64,000 nt of DNA from an uncultured Solirubrobacterales bacterium (GCA_963816785.1 CAWFLL010000003.1:11889-75888), one strand, 5' to 3'; positions 45,761 through 55,396 are shown, counted from the first letter of the stretch. Made by a program: numbers and translations. The notes: generated by a model not told the origin, from the sequence alone.

Positions 45761-45933
45761 TGCCGGAGGAGGGACTCGAACCCCCGACACGCGAATTATG
45801 ATCGCGCCCGGCGAGTGCAAGGGAGTGCGGCCTGGTGCGGGTTTTCGGCGCTAAGGCGCCAGATCAGGCGTCGGCACGGGGTCGGGGGTTGCGGGCTGAA
45901 TCCGTGGCTTCCGCTGACACCCTGCTGGCACCC
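45761..45933 (-). repeat. tRNA-3'-half-like repeat, copy 4 (long form, 173 nt)
   Basis: Minus strand GGGTGCCAGCAGGGTGTCAGCGGAAGCCACGGATTCAGCCCGCA...TTAGCGCC...GCGCGATCATAATTCGCGTGTCGGGGGTTCGAGTCCCTCCTCCGGCA. A partial extra remnant (CTTGCGCTGGCACCCTGGCAAC) lies at 45684-45712. Confidence 0.85.
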
Positions 45934-46276
45934 TGGCGGGCGAGCGCCCCTGGTGGTCCCGGATGCCGGCGCGGCCCGAGGTGCCGAAAAGCGCTCAGGG
46001 GGCCGGAACGCCCCTGAGCGGCGTGGAGCCGACCGTTTTCGAGATGACCGCGCCGAAGCTAGTCCACCTACGATCAAAGTCAAGAAGCCGGGCTTCCTCG
46101 ACGTGCTGCCGTCACAGCGTTACCGCCCAAACCCGCGCGAAACGGCGCCTGACTCTGGATTCCGATGCCGGTGAAGCCGGTGGTTTCACGGGAGCCTGGA
46201 TGTGGTCGGACGTGGTGGATGGAAAGCAGCCCCTTAATGTTGTCGTTGAGTGGTGTTGTGAGACTCTCCGGGCCAG

Positions 46277-46987
46277 ATGACCGAGGTGAAGATCCCCACT
46301 CCTCGTGGTGAGATGCCGGCCTACCTGGCCACGCCAGCCGATGAGGGACCGTGGCCGGGCGTCGTCGTCATACACGACGCCCTGGGCATGAGCACGGACG
46401 TCCGCAACCAAGCGGACTGGCTGGCGAGTGAGGGACATCTCGCGGTGGCGCCCAATCTCTACTACTGGGGCCGCCGGATCCGGTGCCTGATCTCGACGGT
46501 TCGCGGAGGGGAGCGGCCGCTGTGCGAGCTCGACGCCGCGCGCCGCTGGCTGGCCGAGCACGAACGCTGCACCGGCAGGACCGGCGTGATCGGCTTCTGC
46601 ATGGGAGGCGACTTCGCGCTGTTGATGGCGCCCCGCGCCGGCGTCTCCGTCGCCAGCGTCAACTACGGCGGCGCCACCAGGGAAGTGGAGCGTGCCCTCC
46701 CCGACGTCTGCCCGATCGTCGGGAGTTTCGGTGCGCGGGATCGGTGGCCCGGAATACGCAAGGTTCCTGAACGTCTCGAGCGGATGCTCAGCGAGGCCGG
46801 CGTTGAGCACGACATCAAGGTCTATCCCGACGCGGGACACGGCTTCCTCAACGACCACGACCCAGCGGAGCTCCCGGTCTGGGTCAAGGGGATCGCGGCG
46901 CTCGCGCGGGCCGAATACCACGACCCTTCCGCCCAGGACGCCCGGCGGCGCATCGTCGCCTTCTTCGGCGCCCACCTCAAGTCCTGA
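46277..46987 (+). CDS. Dienelactone hydrolase family protein
   Basis: [11 protein letters not shown]...[14 protein letters not shown] (nucleophile Cys elbow)...YPDAGHGF. Confidence 0.85.
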   Translation: MTEVKIPTPRGEMPAYLATPADEGPWPGVVVIHDALGMSTDVRNQADWLASEGHLAVAPNLYYWGRRIRCLISTVRGGERPLCELDAARRWLAEHERCTGRTGVIGFCMGGDFALLMAPRAGVSVASVNYGGATREVERALPDVCPIVGSFGARDRWPGIRKVPERLERMLSEAGVEHDIKVYPDAGHGFLNDHDPAELPVWVKGIAALARAEYHDPSAQDARRRIVAFFGAHLKS

Positions 46988-46995
46988 CGCTCCTT

Positions 46996-48198
46996 ATGCA
47001 CGAGGAATTTGTCGAGAGCGCGCCGCACCACGGGGGTCGGGTCGCTCCGGGCTTCGAGGAGGTACGTACCGAGTTCGAGCGCAACTTCTCCGAGCGGAGC
47101 GAGATCGGCGCTGCCGTCGCCGCGTATTGGCGTGGCGGGAAGGTGGTCGATCTGTGGGGTGGCCGCCGCACGTCGAGTGGGGACGCACCGTGGAACGAGG
47201 ACACCCTGGTCGTCGTCAACTCGACGACCAAGGGTCTCGCGGCGATGACGGTCGCCGTCGCGAACTCTCGCGGCTGGATCGACTATGAGGCACCGGTCGC
47301 CGAGTACTGGCCCGAGTTCGCCCAGAACGGTAAGGGCGCCGTCACCGTGCGCCAGCTCCTCAGTCACGAGGCGGGGTTGGTCTGGATCGACGAGCCGTTG
47401 CGCCCCGACGACATGCGTGACCTCGACCACGTGTCTCGTGCGCTCGCGCGTCAGAAGCCGGCCTGGGAGCCGGGAACGCGGCACGGTTACCACGCGATGA
47501 CGATCGGGCTCTACATGCAGGAGCTGATCCGCCACGTCGACCCGGCGCATCGCACGCTCGGCCGGTTCTTCGCTGAGGAGATCGCGAAGCCGCTGGAGAT
47601 CGAGTTCTACATCGGATTGCCGCCCGAGGTTCCCGACGAGCGGCTCGCGCAGCTGAGGCTCTTCTCTCCCATGCGCGCCATCCGAGCGCTGCCTTCGGTC
47701 CCCAGGGGGTATGTGATGCGGATCCTGTGGCCCTGGTCGCTGCTGCGAAAGTCGATGCTGTTCGCGGACCTCGACGCGAACGATCGCCGCATGCTCGAGG
47801 TCGAGATCCCGGCAGGCAACGGCGTGGGGACGGCGCGGGCGATCGCGCGAGCCTACTCGGCGTTCGCGGAAGGAGGAGCGGAGCTCGGCATCACCCCGGC
47901 GACACTCGCGAGCCTCACGGCGATCAACGACCCCGAGCGTCCGAGGGACGAGGTAATGGGTGTGCCCAGCTGGATGTCGCTCGGCTTCCTCCGACCGGGA
48001 CCGCAGCTCGATTGGGGCTCGAGTCGGCGCGCCTTCGGCACGCCGGGCGCCGGCGGCTCTTTCGGCTTCGCCGATCCTGACGCACGGCTCGGCTTCGCCT
48101 ACGTGATGAACAACATGGAGTTCCACATGTTCGACGACCCGCGCGAGAAGGCGCTGCGCGACGCCGTGCACCGCGCGATCCGGCGGCTCTCAGACTGA
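46996..48198 (+). CDS. Serine hydrolase of the beta-lactamase (class C/esterase) family
   Basis: S-x-x-K motif in VVNSTTKGLAAM. 400 aa. Typical HEAGL and GGSFGFADP blocks. Confidence 0.85.
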   Translation: MHEEFVESAPHHGGRVAPGFEEVRTEFERNFSERSEIGAAVAAYWRGGKVVDLWGGRRTSSGDAPWNEDTLVVVNSTTKGLAAMTVAVANSRGWIDYEAPVAEYWPEFAQNGKGAVTVRQLLSHEAGLVWIDEPLRPDDMRDLDHVSRALARQKPAWEPGTRHGYHAMTIGLYMQELIRHVDPAHRTLGRFFAEEIAKPLEIEFYIGLPPEVPDERLAQLRLFSPMRAIRALPSVPRGYVMRILWPWSLLRKSMLFADLDANDRRMLEVEIPAGNGVGTARAIARAYSAFAEGGAELGITPATLASLTAINDPERPRDEVMGVPSWMSLGFLRPGPQLDWGSSRRAFGTPGAGGSFGFADPDARLGFAYVMNNMEFHMFDDPREKALRDAVHRAIRRLSD

Positions 48199-48262
48199 GA
48201 CCGAGAAACCCCGCGAAGGCGGTTTCGCGTCTTCCCTCCTCGCGCAAAGCGGCAGCGTGCCT

Positions 48263-49045
48263 CTAGTCAAGCACGAGGGTGAGGACGACGATGATGACGA
48301 GGACGCTCTGAGCCGAGTGCACGATGATTCCCATCCACGCGCTCTGGAAACGCCGCGAGGGATAGGAGAGGGCGAAGATGTCCACCAGGGTGGTGGGGAT
48401 CACCCATGGAGTGTGCAGGTGGTAGACCGCAAACAGCACCCCGTTCGCGATCCAGTCACCCCTTCCAAAGACGCCCTTCATTCGCGGCAGCAGAAGCCCA
48501 CGGAAGAGCAGCTCCTCGCCGAGCACCGAATTGAAGACGGCGAGCACGACGACCACCGCGAACCAGCCCCACGCGCCGCTGAAGAATTCTTCGCCACGGT
48601 CGGATTCCAGGAACTCGCCGAAATCCCTCGACAAGGATCCTGTCGGCCCCGGCAAGGCTGCCTCGAGGGCGAAGAGCGCGACGAACGGCAACACCCACCA
48701 CCAGACCCTTCCACCCACGCGGCCGGACTTCGGATCCCGGGGTGCCCGCAGCCACAGCGCCTCGCGCACACGCGACCCTTGGAGTCCCCCCAACTCGCGC
48801 CTGGTGAGGATCAGGATCAGCACGAATTGCCAGATGAGCCCCACCGTGAGGCAGATCAGCAGGGCCTTGGTAAGTGGCTCATCGCCCCCAAGTTGGTCTC
48901 TGAGCCAGGGAGCGATGACCCAGGCCAGAACGCCCATCGGGACGGCGGCTGCCGCCCACACCGCGAGGATCTGGGCGAGCGAGTATTGCCTGACTGCTGC
49001 ATACCGGTCGCCTTCGCGCTCCGGCGAGTGCTCCATCAACGCCAC
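48263..49045 (-). CDS. CPBP-family intramembrane glutamic endopeptidase (CAAX protease-like)
   Basis: Multi-TM. Motif 1 EELLFRG, later FAVYH and HSAQS-type His motifs. Confidence 0.85.
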   Translation of the reverse strand: MALMEHSPEREGDRYAAVRQYSLAQILAVWAAAAVPMGVLAWVIAPWLRDQLGGDEPLTKALLICLTVGLIWQFVLILILTRRELGGLQGSRVREALWLRAPRDPKSGRVGGRVWWWVLPFVALFALEAALPGPTGSLSRDFGEFLESDRGEEFFSGAWGWFAVVVVLAVFNSVLGEELLFRGLLLPRMKGVFGRGDWIANGVLFAVYHLHTPWVIPTTLVDIFALSYPSRRFQSAWMGIIVHSAQSVLVIIVVLTLVLD

Positions 49046-49212
49046 CCTAACCTGTGCCGCCGCGCGCTCGCAACCCCCGACGTCGTGGGGCGACCTTCGC
49101 CTCCCCTCTCGCGTGAAAACGGAAGCGGGGGGGAACCCAGCTCATTAATACGGTCCTAGCGGCGGGAAACCTCGATGGTGAGGGGCGGCAGCGCGAGCCT
49201 TATGGAAAAAGG

Positions 49213-49629
49213 GTGGTACTCCTGGGAGCCAGAGCACTCCTATGTTGCCCTGTCCGCGACCGGTGCGAGCCTTGGGGCATGGTCCTTTCCGTGGCGCGCA
49301 TGTTCGCTCGCTGCCTGGGAGCGATCAAATACGCCGCCAAGGAGGAGAGCTTCGTCGCCGTTTTCGGTGCTGCGGCCGCTCTCGTTCTCACCGGCACGGT
49401 CGTCTACACGCTCGGCGAAGGCTGGAATGTGGTGGACGGGTTCTACTTCGCCGTCTGCACGCTGACCACGTCTAGCATTGCCGATCCGAGCCTCACGCTC
49501 ACCAGCGAGGTGCTCAAAGTCTTCACCGCCCTCTACGTCCTGACCGGCATCGGAATCCTGGTCGAGGTAGCGCGCCAGCTCGGCGTCGGCTTCGTGACAT
49601 TGCGCCAAGAGAGGCAAAGAGGCCGTTAA
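49213..49629 (+). CDS. Two-TM ion-channel-like protein with a degenerate selectivity filter
   Basis: VDGFYFAVCTLTTSSIADPS aligns with the K+ channel pore pattern (..Y.s.vTlTTVGYGD..P), but GYG is absent. The start is uncertain (possibly ATG 49300, MFARCLGAI). Confidence 0.55.
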   Translation: MVLLGARALLCCPVRDRCEPWGMVLSVARMFARCLGAIKYAAKEESFVAVFGAAAALVLTGTVVYTLGEGWNVVDGFYFAVCTLTTSSIADPSLTLTSEVLKVFTALYVLTGIGILVEVARQLGVGFVTLRQERQRGR

Positions 49630-49803
49630 CGCCCGTCTCCACAAAAAAGATCCGCCAGAGATGCCGCCGCCGGAGTAGAAGGGAAGCGCCATGCGCTCCC
49701 AACGGGTCTTTAGCGACCGGAAATCCTGACCGTGGAACCTGGCACCGCGGCGCTTGACGCATTAGATCGGCGACCCCAGCCAGGGGTGCCATAGGATTGC
49801 GCC

Positions 49804-50205
49804 GTGCCGTTCACGCTCAGGAACCTCAAGGAGGACCTGGAGGACGTCGGGTCCAGGTTCGACGGCGCGCCGGACCTGGAGTTCCGCTTGGCGACCGAGG
49901 CGCTCGAGCTCGAGAAATCCGGCCTGAGCTACCAGCGCGTCCCGCCCGGCTATCGCTTTCCGTACGGCCACACGCACAAGAAGCAGGAGGAGGTGTACGT
50001 GGTCCTGCGCGGGAGCGGGCGGATGAAGCTCGACGACGAGATCGTCGAGCTCAAGGAATGGGACGCGGTGCGCGTCCCGCCCGGTACGTGGCGAGGCTAC
50101 GAGGCCGGGCCGGAGGGCCTCGAGATCCTCGTCATCGGCGCGCCCAATCTCGGCGAGGCTCCGCGCGAAGACGTCGATGGCCAGCGCGACTGGTGGGCTG
50201 ACTAG
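49804..50205 (+). CDS. Cupin-domain protein
   Basis: GHTHKKQEEVYVVLRGSG...WDAVRVPPG is the two-motif cupin pattern. 133 aa. Confidence 0.8.
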   Translation: MPFTLRNLKEDLEDVGSRFDGAPDLEFRLATEALELEKSGLSYQRVPPGYRFPYGHTHKKQEEVYVVLRGSGRMKLDDEIVELKEWDAVRVPPGTWRGYEAGPEGLEILVIGAPNLGEAPREDVDGQRDWWAD

Positions 50206-50369
50206 CGCCAGATAGGTGAAGATGAAGCGGGAGAAGGAACTCACTCAGCACTACGGCTTCGACCCCGGGGCGGCCACCCTGCTCGCAGGCGGGGAACTTG
50301 GTCGGCCGGACGGACGGGCGGCGATCCCAAAACGCATCCCGTAGGCGGCGCATTTGGCTTCAGAGGTCA

Positions 50370-50539
50370 TGCCGGAGGAGGGACTCGAACCCGACACGCG
50401 GATTATGATCGCGCCCCGGCGTATCCGTGGAGTGCGTGCTGTTACGGATTTCTCCCGCTAGGAGGCGATTTCAGACGTCAGCCGGGCCTTTCGATTGCGT
50501 GCTGTATCCGTGGCTTCCGCTGACACCCAGCTGACACCC
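50370..50539 (-). repeat. tRNA-3'-half-like repeat, copy 5 (long form, 170 nt; T-stem has a 2-nt deletion)
   Basis: The + strand starts TGCCGGAGGAGGGACTCGAACCCGACACGCGGATT and ends CCGCTGACACCCAGCTGACACCC. Internal CCTAGCGGG hairpin and two CAGCACGCA motifs. Confidence 0.85.
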
Positions 50540-50666
50540 ATAGCGGAGAAGCAGAGGGGCTACAAAGCTAAGCTGCACGGGGCCAGGCCCTAGCATTCAG
50601 GGCACGAAGCTGGAGCCCGAGACCCGGTATGCCCGTGCTGGCGACATTCGAGTTGCCTATCAGGTT

Positions 50667-51935
50667 GTGGGCGACGGGCCTCGCGACCTGGTGCTAGTGC
50701 CCGGCTTTGTGTCGAATCTCGAACTCGCCTGGGAGCATCCACCGTACGAGAGGTTCATGAGGAGGCTTTCGGCGTTCGCCCGCGTGATCGTATTCGACAA
50801 GCGTGGCGCCGGACTCTCCGATCCGGTCGATCGGGCCGCCACCATCGAGGAGCGGAACGACGACATTCGGGCGGTGATGGACGCGGCTGGGTCTGAGCAG
50901 GCCGATGTGTTCGGCTGGTCGGAGGGCGCGAACATGGCGGCGGTCTTCGCCGCCAGCTTCCCTGAGCGCGTCTCGGCGCTTGTCCTCTTCGGAACGTATG
51001 CGCGAGCGACTCCGGCAGAGGGCTACCCATGGGGCATTCCGCAGGAGTTGGAGGAGGCAGCGCTACGTGACAGCGAGGAGGACACCTGGGGTACGGGCCT
51101 CAGCCTGAGCTTCATGGCCCCCAGCCGGTTCGCGGACGAAGCGCTGGTGCGCTGGTGGGCACGCTTCGAGCGGCAGTCGATGAGCCCGGCAATGGCGCGT
51201 GCGGTGATCCGGCTAAGCATGGAGATGGACATACGCGACGTCCCCGCAAGCATCCGCGTTCCAACTCTTGTCCTCCATTGCAGCGCGGATGTGTTCCCCG
51301 TTGAGGGGGCGCGCTGGCTTGCCGAACAGATTCCCGACGCCCAATTCGTCGAGCTGCCGGGGGATGAACATTGGCCCTGGATCAGCGAACCCGATGCGAG
51401 CGTCGATGAGGTTGAGCAATTCCTCACCGGCGTGCGCCATGAGCACGAGCCCGACAGGGTGCTCACCACGATCCTGTTCACGGACATTGTCCGATCGACC
51501 GAGCGGGCTGCGGCCCTCGGCGACAAGCGCTGGCACGACCTGCTGCACCAGCATGACCGGCTCGTCCGCCGCGAGCTCGTCCGGCATCGAGGACGGGAGG
51601 TGAAGACCATCGGTGACAGCGTACTCGCGACTTTCGACGGACCGGCCCGAGGGATTGGCTGCGCACGAGCGATCTGCGAACAGGCGAAGGCCCTTGGAAT
51701 TGAGGTTCGTGCTGGACTCCACTCTGGTGAGGTCGAGCTCCGGGACGGCGATGTCGGGGGCATTGCAGTGCACATCGGGGCCCGTGTTGCCAACAAGGCT
51801 GGGGCTGGAGAGGTGCTCGTGTCGGGTACCGTCAGGGACCTTGTCGTGGGTTCGGGCTTCGAGTTCACAGATAGAGGCACGCACTCATTAAGGGGCGCGC
51901 CGGGAGAGTGGCAGCTCTTCACCGTCGGGGCCTAG
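50667..51935 (+). CDS. Alpha/beta-hydrolase domain fused to a class III adenylate/guanylate cyclase domain
   Basis: LVLVPGFVSN...GWSEGA (nucleophile elbow), then RVLTTILFTDIVRST...KTIGDSVLATF...GLHSGEVE...GIAVHIGARV. The family-typical N-terminus (EPETRYARAGDIRVAYQVVG) lies upstream of GTG 50667 with only a CTG (50610) in frame. Confidence 0.8.
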   Translation: MGDGPRDLVLVPGFVSNLELAWEHPPYERFMRRLSAFARVIVFDKRGAGLSDPVDRAATIEERNDDIRAVMDAAGSEQADVFGWSEGANMAAVFAASFPERVSALVLFGTYARATPAEGYPWGIPQELEEAALRDSEEDTWGTGLSLSFMAPSRFADEALVRWWARFERQSMSPAMARAVIRLSMEMDIRDVPASIRVPTLVLHCSADVFPVEGARWLAEQIPDAQFVELPGDEHWPWISEPDASVDEVEQFLTGVRHEHEPDRVLTTILFTDIVRSTERAAALGDKRWHDLLHQHDRLVRRELVRHRGREVKTIGDSVLATFDGPARGIGCARAICEQAKALGIEVRAGLHSGEVELRDGDVGGIAVHIGARVANKAGAGEVLVSGTVRDLVVGSGFEFTDRGTHSLRGAPGEWQLFTVGA

Positions 51936-52000
51936 CTGTGAGGCAACAGTGTTCGCTGCCGGAGCATGAGGGAGCGAGCCCTCGAAGCACAACGCCGTGA

Positions 52001-52174
52001 TGCCGGAGGAGGGACTCGAACCCCCGACACGCGGATTTATGATCGCGCGGCGCAAATGCGGGCTGGTGGCGTGGTGTTGCGGGCTTTGGGCGCTAATTGG
52101 CGGATTTCGGCTCCGAAACGGGGTTCCGAGTGCGTGCTGAATCCGTGGCTTCCGCTGACACCCTGCTGGCACCC
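52001..52174 (-). repeat. tRNA-3'-half-like repeat, copy 6 (long form, 174 nt)
   Basis: Core identical. ATTAGCGCC central motif. Distal CTGACACCC-TG-CTGGCACCC direct repeats. Confidence 0.85.
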
Positions 52175-52302
52175 TGGCGGGGTTGGACCGCCTCAAGACC
52201 CGTCCGCACCCACTCGGGCGTTCCCTGCAGAAGACGGTGCGGGAGACCACCGACGCACGCGAGGCTGAGAAATGGTGCACCTCGCCGCGCTGGGCACTCT
52301 TC

Positions 52303-52559
52303 CTACGGAACCCTGAACGTGAGACCATCGATACCGGCGATGCAGGAACCAGCTCCCGCACATGTCGGGATCGCGTCGCCGTCGCTCTGAATGACCAGGT
52401 TGGCAGCAACCGGGGCCGGTGCGCCCGCCGCCGGCATGAACAGACCCTGAGACGGGCGATAGCCAACCGGGAGGGTGAAGGCGACCGTGTCGTCGGCAGC
52501 GTTGGAAAGGTTGCCCTTGAGATGGACGACGCCGATAGATCGCCAGGATCGCGCAGCCA
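52303..52559 (-). pseudogene. Orphan C-terminal fragment of a tail-fibre-like/secreted repeat protein
   Basis: VHLKGNLSNAADDTVAFTLPVGYRPSQGLFMPAAG...IQSDGDAIPTCAGAGSCIAGIDGLTFRVP has no N-terminal part. It abuts the truncated AAA ATPase. Confidence 0.45.
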
Positions 52560-53003
52560 TGACTACGGGCGATCTGGGTGATAGCCGAAACCGCGTGGCG
52601 GCTGTCCTTTGACTTGTGGGCGTCGGTCCTGCCGTCGAGAAACTCCATCAGCGGGTCAATGACGACCAGCGCGGTTTCGGACTCGGCGACCCGCCGGCCA
52701 AGCTCGTCGGCATCCTTCGGCACCCGGAACGGCACCGGATCATCCCGTGGCCCCATCTGGAACATCGAGACGCGGGAGAGGTCGGCTCCGGCAGCGAGCA
52801 GACGTGGCTTCAGGGTGTCGCCCGGAGCGTCCTCGGTCGTCACGATGATCGCCCGACCGGGGCCGGAGAGGTCGCCGTCGAGCTTGCCTTTGCGTCAGGT
52901 CCGCAATCAGCCGGACGTAGAGCAGACCCTTGCCGATCTTCGGTCGCCCCGAAAGCGACGTGAGCTTGCCGAGAGGAATGCGATCCTGCCATGCGAACCG
53001 CAC
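52560..53003 (-). pseudogene. RepA/AAA_25-like ATPase (replicative helicase-type P-loop), frameshifted and 3'-truncated
   Basis: GTG 53003. KPVRFAWQDRIPLGKLTSLSGRPKIGKGLLYVRLIADLT (P-loop GxxxxGKG). Frame break near 52890. Then KGKLDGDLSGPGRAIIVTTEDAP...ALVVIDPLMEFL...ARSHGCAILAI. Ends abruptly near 52560. Confidence 0.6.
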
Positions 53004-53052
53004 CGGCTTGGCGACGATCCTCGTGAAATCCGTGAGGGTCGAACCTCCGGGG

Positions 53053-53808
53053 TCAGGCTCGGTCGGTTCGGCAGGCTTCCGCGAGCGGCACTAGATCCGA
53101 GAGCGACTTCCCCGCCGCCAGGTGGTCGGACAGATCCTTGCCCTCTGCGGGTTCCAGAACCGTGACCTTCGCCGCGATCCCGTCAAGCGAAGCGGCGACT
53201 TCAGCGGCGTGCGGTCGGCCCCGCTTATCGGCGTCGCTGACGACCGCGACCTTCGCCCCTCGGAGCGTCTCCGAATACTCCGATCGCCACTTGCCAGCGC
53301 CACCGGGGTTACAGGTGGCAACCTTCCCTCGCTTCTCGGCGGCGTGAACGTCCTTCTCGCCCTCGCAGACGAGGACCGGCTTTCCGGCCTCGACGGCGGC
53401 GAGAACCTCCGGGAGCCGGTACAGAACGCGCCGAACGCCTTTCAGGTTCCAGATCCAACCGCCCGATCCGTCAGGTCGGCGCTGCCGAAAATCCTTCGGC
53501 CAGAACCTGACGACTTGATACAGAGGCTTCCCGGCCTCGTCGGTGTAGTCGTATTCGGCGTCGATCGGAGCCGACCCGTTGCCGCTGTCGGCGAACAGAT
53601 CCCGTGTCGAAAGTCCGATCGCTCCGGCAACTTGCTCGATCGAGCAACCGCCAAAGCACTTCGCGAGGGTCCGTCCGTCCTGGCCGATCGCGATCGAGAG
53701 GGAGGGGGTCCGGTCGTCATGGGCCTCAACCGGACACCGGGCCATCCAGCGGTCAGGGCCGGTCGGATTGACGGCATCGAGACGGGCGAGGAAATCCTCG
53801 ATCCTCAT
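53053..53808 (-). CDS. DnaG-like DNA primase (CHC2 zinc finger + Toprim), phage/plasmid type
   Basis: Start ATG 53808 (MRIEDFLARL; ATGA overlap with the upstream ORF stop). CPVEAHDDRTPSLSI...KCFGGC zinc finger. Toprim VLVCEGEKDVHAA...VAVVSDADKRGRPHA. Confidence 0.8.
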   Translation of the reverse strand: MRIEDFLARLDAVNPTGPDRWMARCPVEAHDDRTPSLSIAIGQDGRTLAKCFGGCSIEQVAGAIGLSTRDLFADSGNGSAPIDAEYDYTDEAGKPLYQVVRFWPKDFRQRRPDGSGGWIWNLKGVRRVLYRLPEVLAAVEAGKPVLVCEGEKDVHAAEKRGKVATCNPGGAGKWRSEYSETLRGAKVAVVSDADKRGRPHAAEVAASLDGIAAKVTVLEPAEGKDLSDHLAAGKSLSDLVPLAEACRTDRA

Positions 53809-54354
53809 CGGCTCCGCTCGCGCTCGACGGAGCGTCCAAGCTCGGCCCAAATCCGCGCCTGTATCGGTGCCGGGAGGAGTCCGAAAAGACGCAGACGTTC
53901 GGGGCCGGAAAAGCCCGCCGTCAGGTCGGCGAAATCGTCAAAGGTTTGGAGCCACCGCGAAGGTGGCTCGGGTAGGTCGGGGTCTGAGCCGGGGCCTGCG
54001 CGGGAGCCGCGACGCTTTGCGCCCGACCTTGCCCGCTGGCAGGAATGTCTCTCACGCGGGGAGACGTGTGGCCTGATCGCGTCGCAGGGGTGAGACTCGC
54101 GGCGACGGGCAATGACCAAATCCGCCCGTTTGTTCTGGCCCCGGCGGCGTGCAATCTCCCGCTGCGGTTTGGGCGAAAGGCTGGCGGTCGCGCAATGCCC
54201 GTTCGACCTCGTTATGGATCTGGCGGGGGTTCTCGCCGCGTTCAATGCGACGGATTGCGCGGGTGAGGATTCGGACCGCCGAGCGGTCCCCCACGTCGGC
54301 GGCGTGGCCCCGTCGCGAGAGCAGCGATTTACGTATCGCCTCGCGTTGCCCCAT
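53805..54354 (-). pseudogene. Unresolved coding region upstream of the primase (probably one frameshifted small gene)
   Basis: ATG 54354 opens MGQREAIRKSLLSRRGHAADVGDRSAVRILTRAIRRIERGENPRQIHNEVERAL (stop 54052). A different frame ends ...LQTFDDFADLTAGFSGPERLRLFGLLPAPIQARIWAELGRSVERERSR* with its stop overlapping the primase ATG. Confidence 0.3.
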
Positions 54355-54672
54355 CCGTACGCGCCCTTGACTTCTCCACCTGCATTTCCTTTCACGGAGA
54401 CTGTTCCGTGTGCTTGGTGAAGCGTAGCCCCTCTGTGTGCCGTGATCTAGGGCAGAGTCAAAGCAAAACGCCGCTCTCAGGGCAGAGAACGGCGCTTGCC
54501 AGGAAATGCCGATGCGTTCACGTACGGCCAGAACTGAGGCTACGGGACACCGGGGACAAGCTCTGGCGCGTTTCCCACCGGAGGCCAAAACCCGGACATA
54601 GCTCCGATGGGCCGGCAGCCCGAGTAAGTCCGGCGACGCCCAATCGACGTCGTTAGGCAGACTGCGGGCATC

Positions 54673-55171
54673 GTGGCTTCGCCCAGCGACCTCACATACG
54701 ACATCTGGACCGACGGCGCCTGCGCCCACAAGACCGGCGGCGCCGGTGGGTACGCGGCAGTACTGGTCGCCCGCCGTTCCGATGGCAGCATCGCCAAGCA
54801 GTGGGAGGTCTCCGGCGGCGACTTCGAAACCACGAACAACCGGATGGAGCTGATGGCGGTCATCACCGGATTGCGCGCCTTGCCCGCGCCCGCGCGCGTG
54901 TGCATCCACATCGACTCCACCTACGTGATGAAGAACTTCCAGGGACTGGCTTGAGCGCTGGCAAGGCAATGGCTGGCGGACGGCGGACGGGAAGCCGGTG
55001 AAGAACCGCGACCTGTGGGAGCAGCTGTCCACCGAGGTTGCCCGTCGCGAGGTGGAATGGGTGAAGGTCGCCGGTCACACCGGGGTCGAGTTGAACGAGC
55101 GCGCGGACCAACTCGCCTGCGCCCAACGGGACGCCTACGCCGAGCGGAGCCGTCGGCGCCCCGTGGAGTAG
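54673..55171 (+). pseudogene. rnhA: Ribonuclease HI with one frameshift
   Basis: IWTDGACAHKTGGAGGYAAVL...TTNNRMELMAVITGL...IHIDSTYVMKNFQG, then a break near 54945. The continuation WLERWQGNGWRTADGKPVKNRDLWEQL...WVKVAGHTGVELNERADQLA ends at TAG 55169-55171. Confidence 0.8.
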
Positions 55172-55396
55172 CTCCTCCCCCGACAGGGGCAGTAGAGACC
55201 CGACATTCTGCCACTCGTCATTCCATACCTTCCACTCGGAAAGGCGCGTTTGCGGCCAAACTCTATGAGCGGGCCATATATATGTACGCAGCGCCCACGC
55301 CCCCGAACCACCCCCCGCCCCCCTCACGGCCCAGATCGTCGCTGGCGATTCGCAGCCGGCGGCGACCGAAGGTCGCAAGCTCAATCGTTCGCGGGG

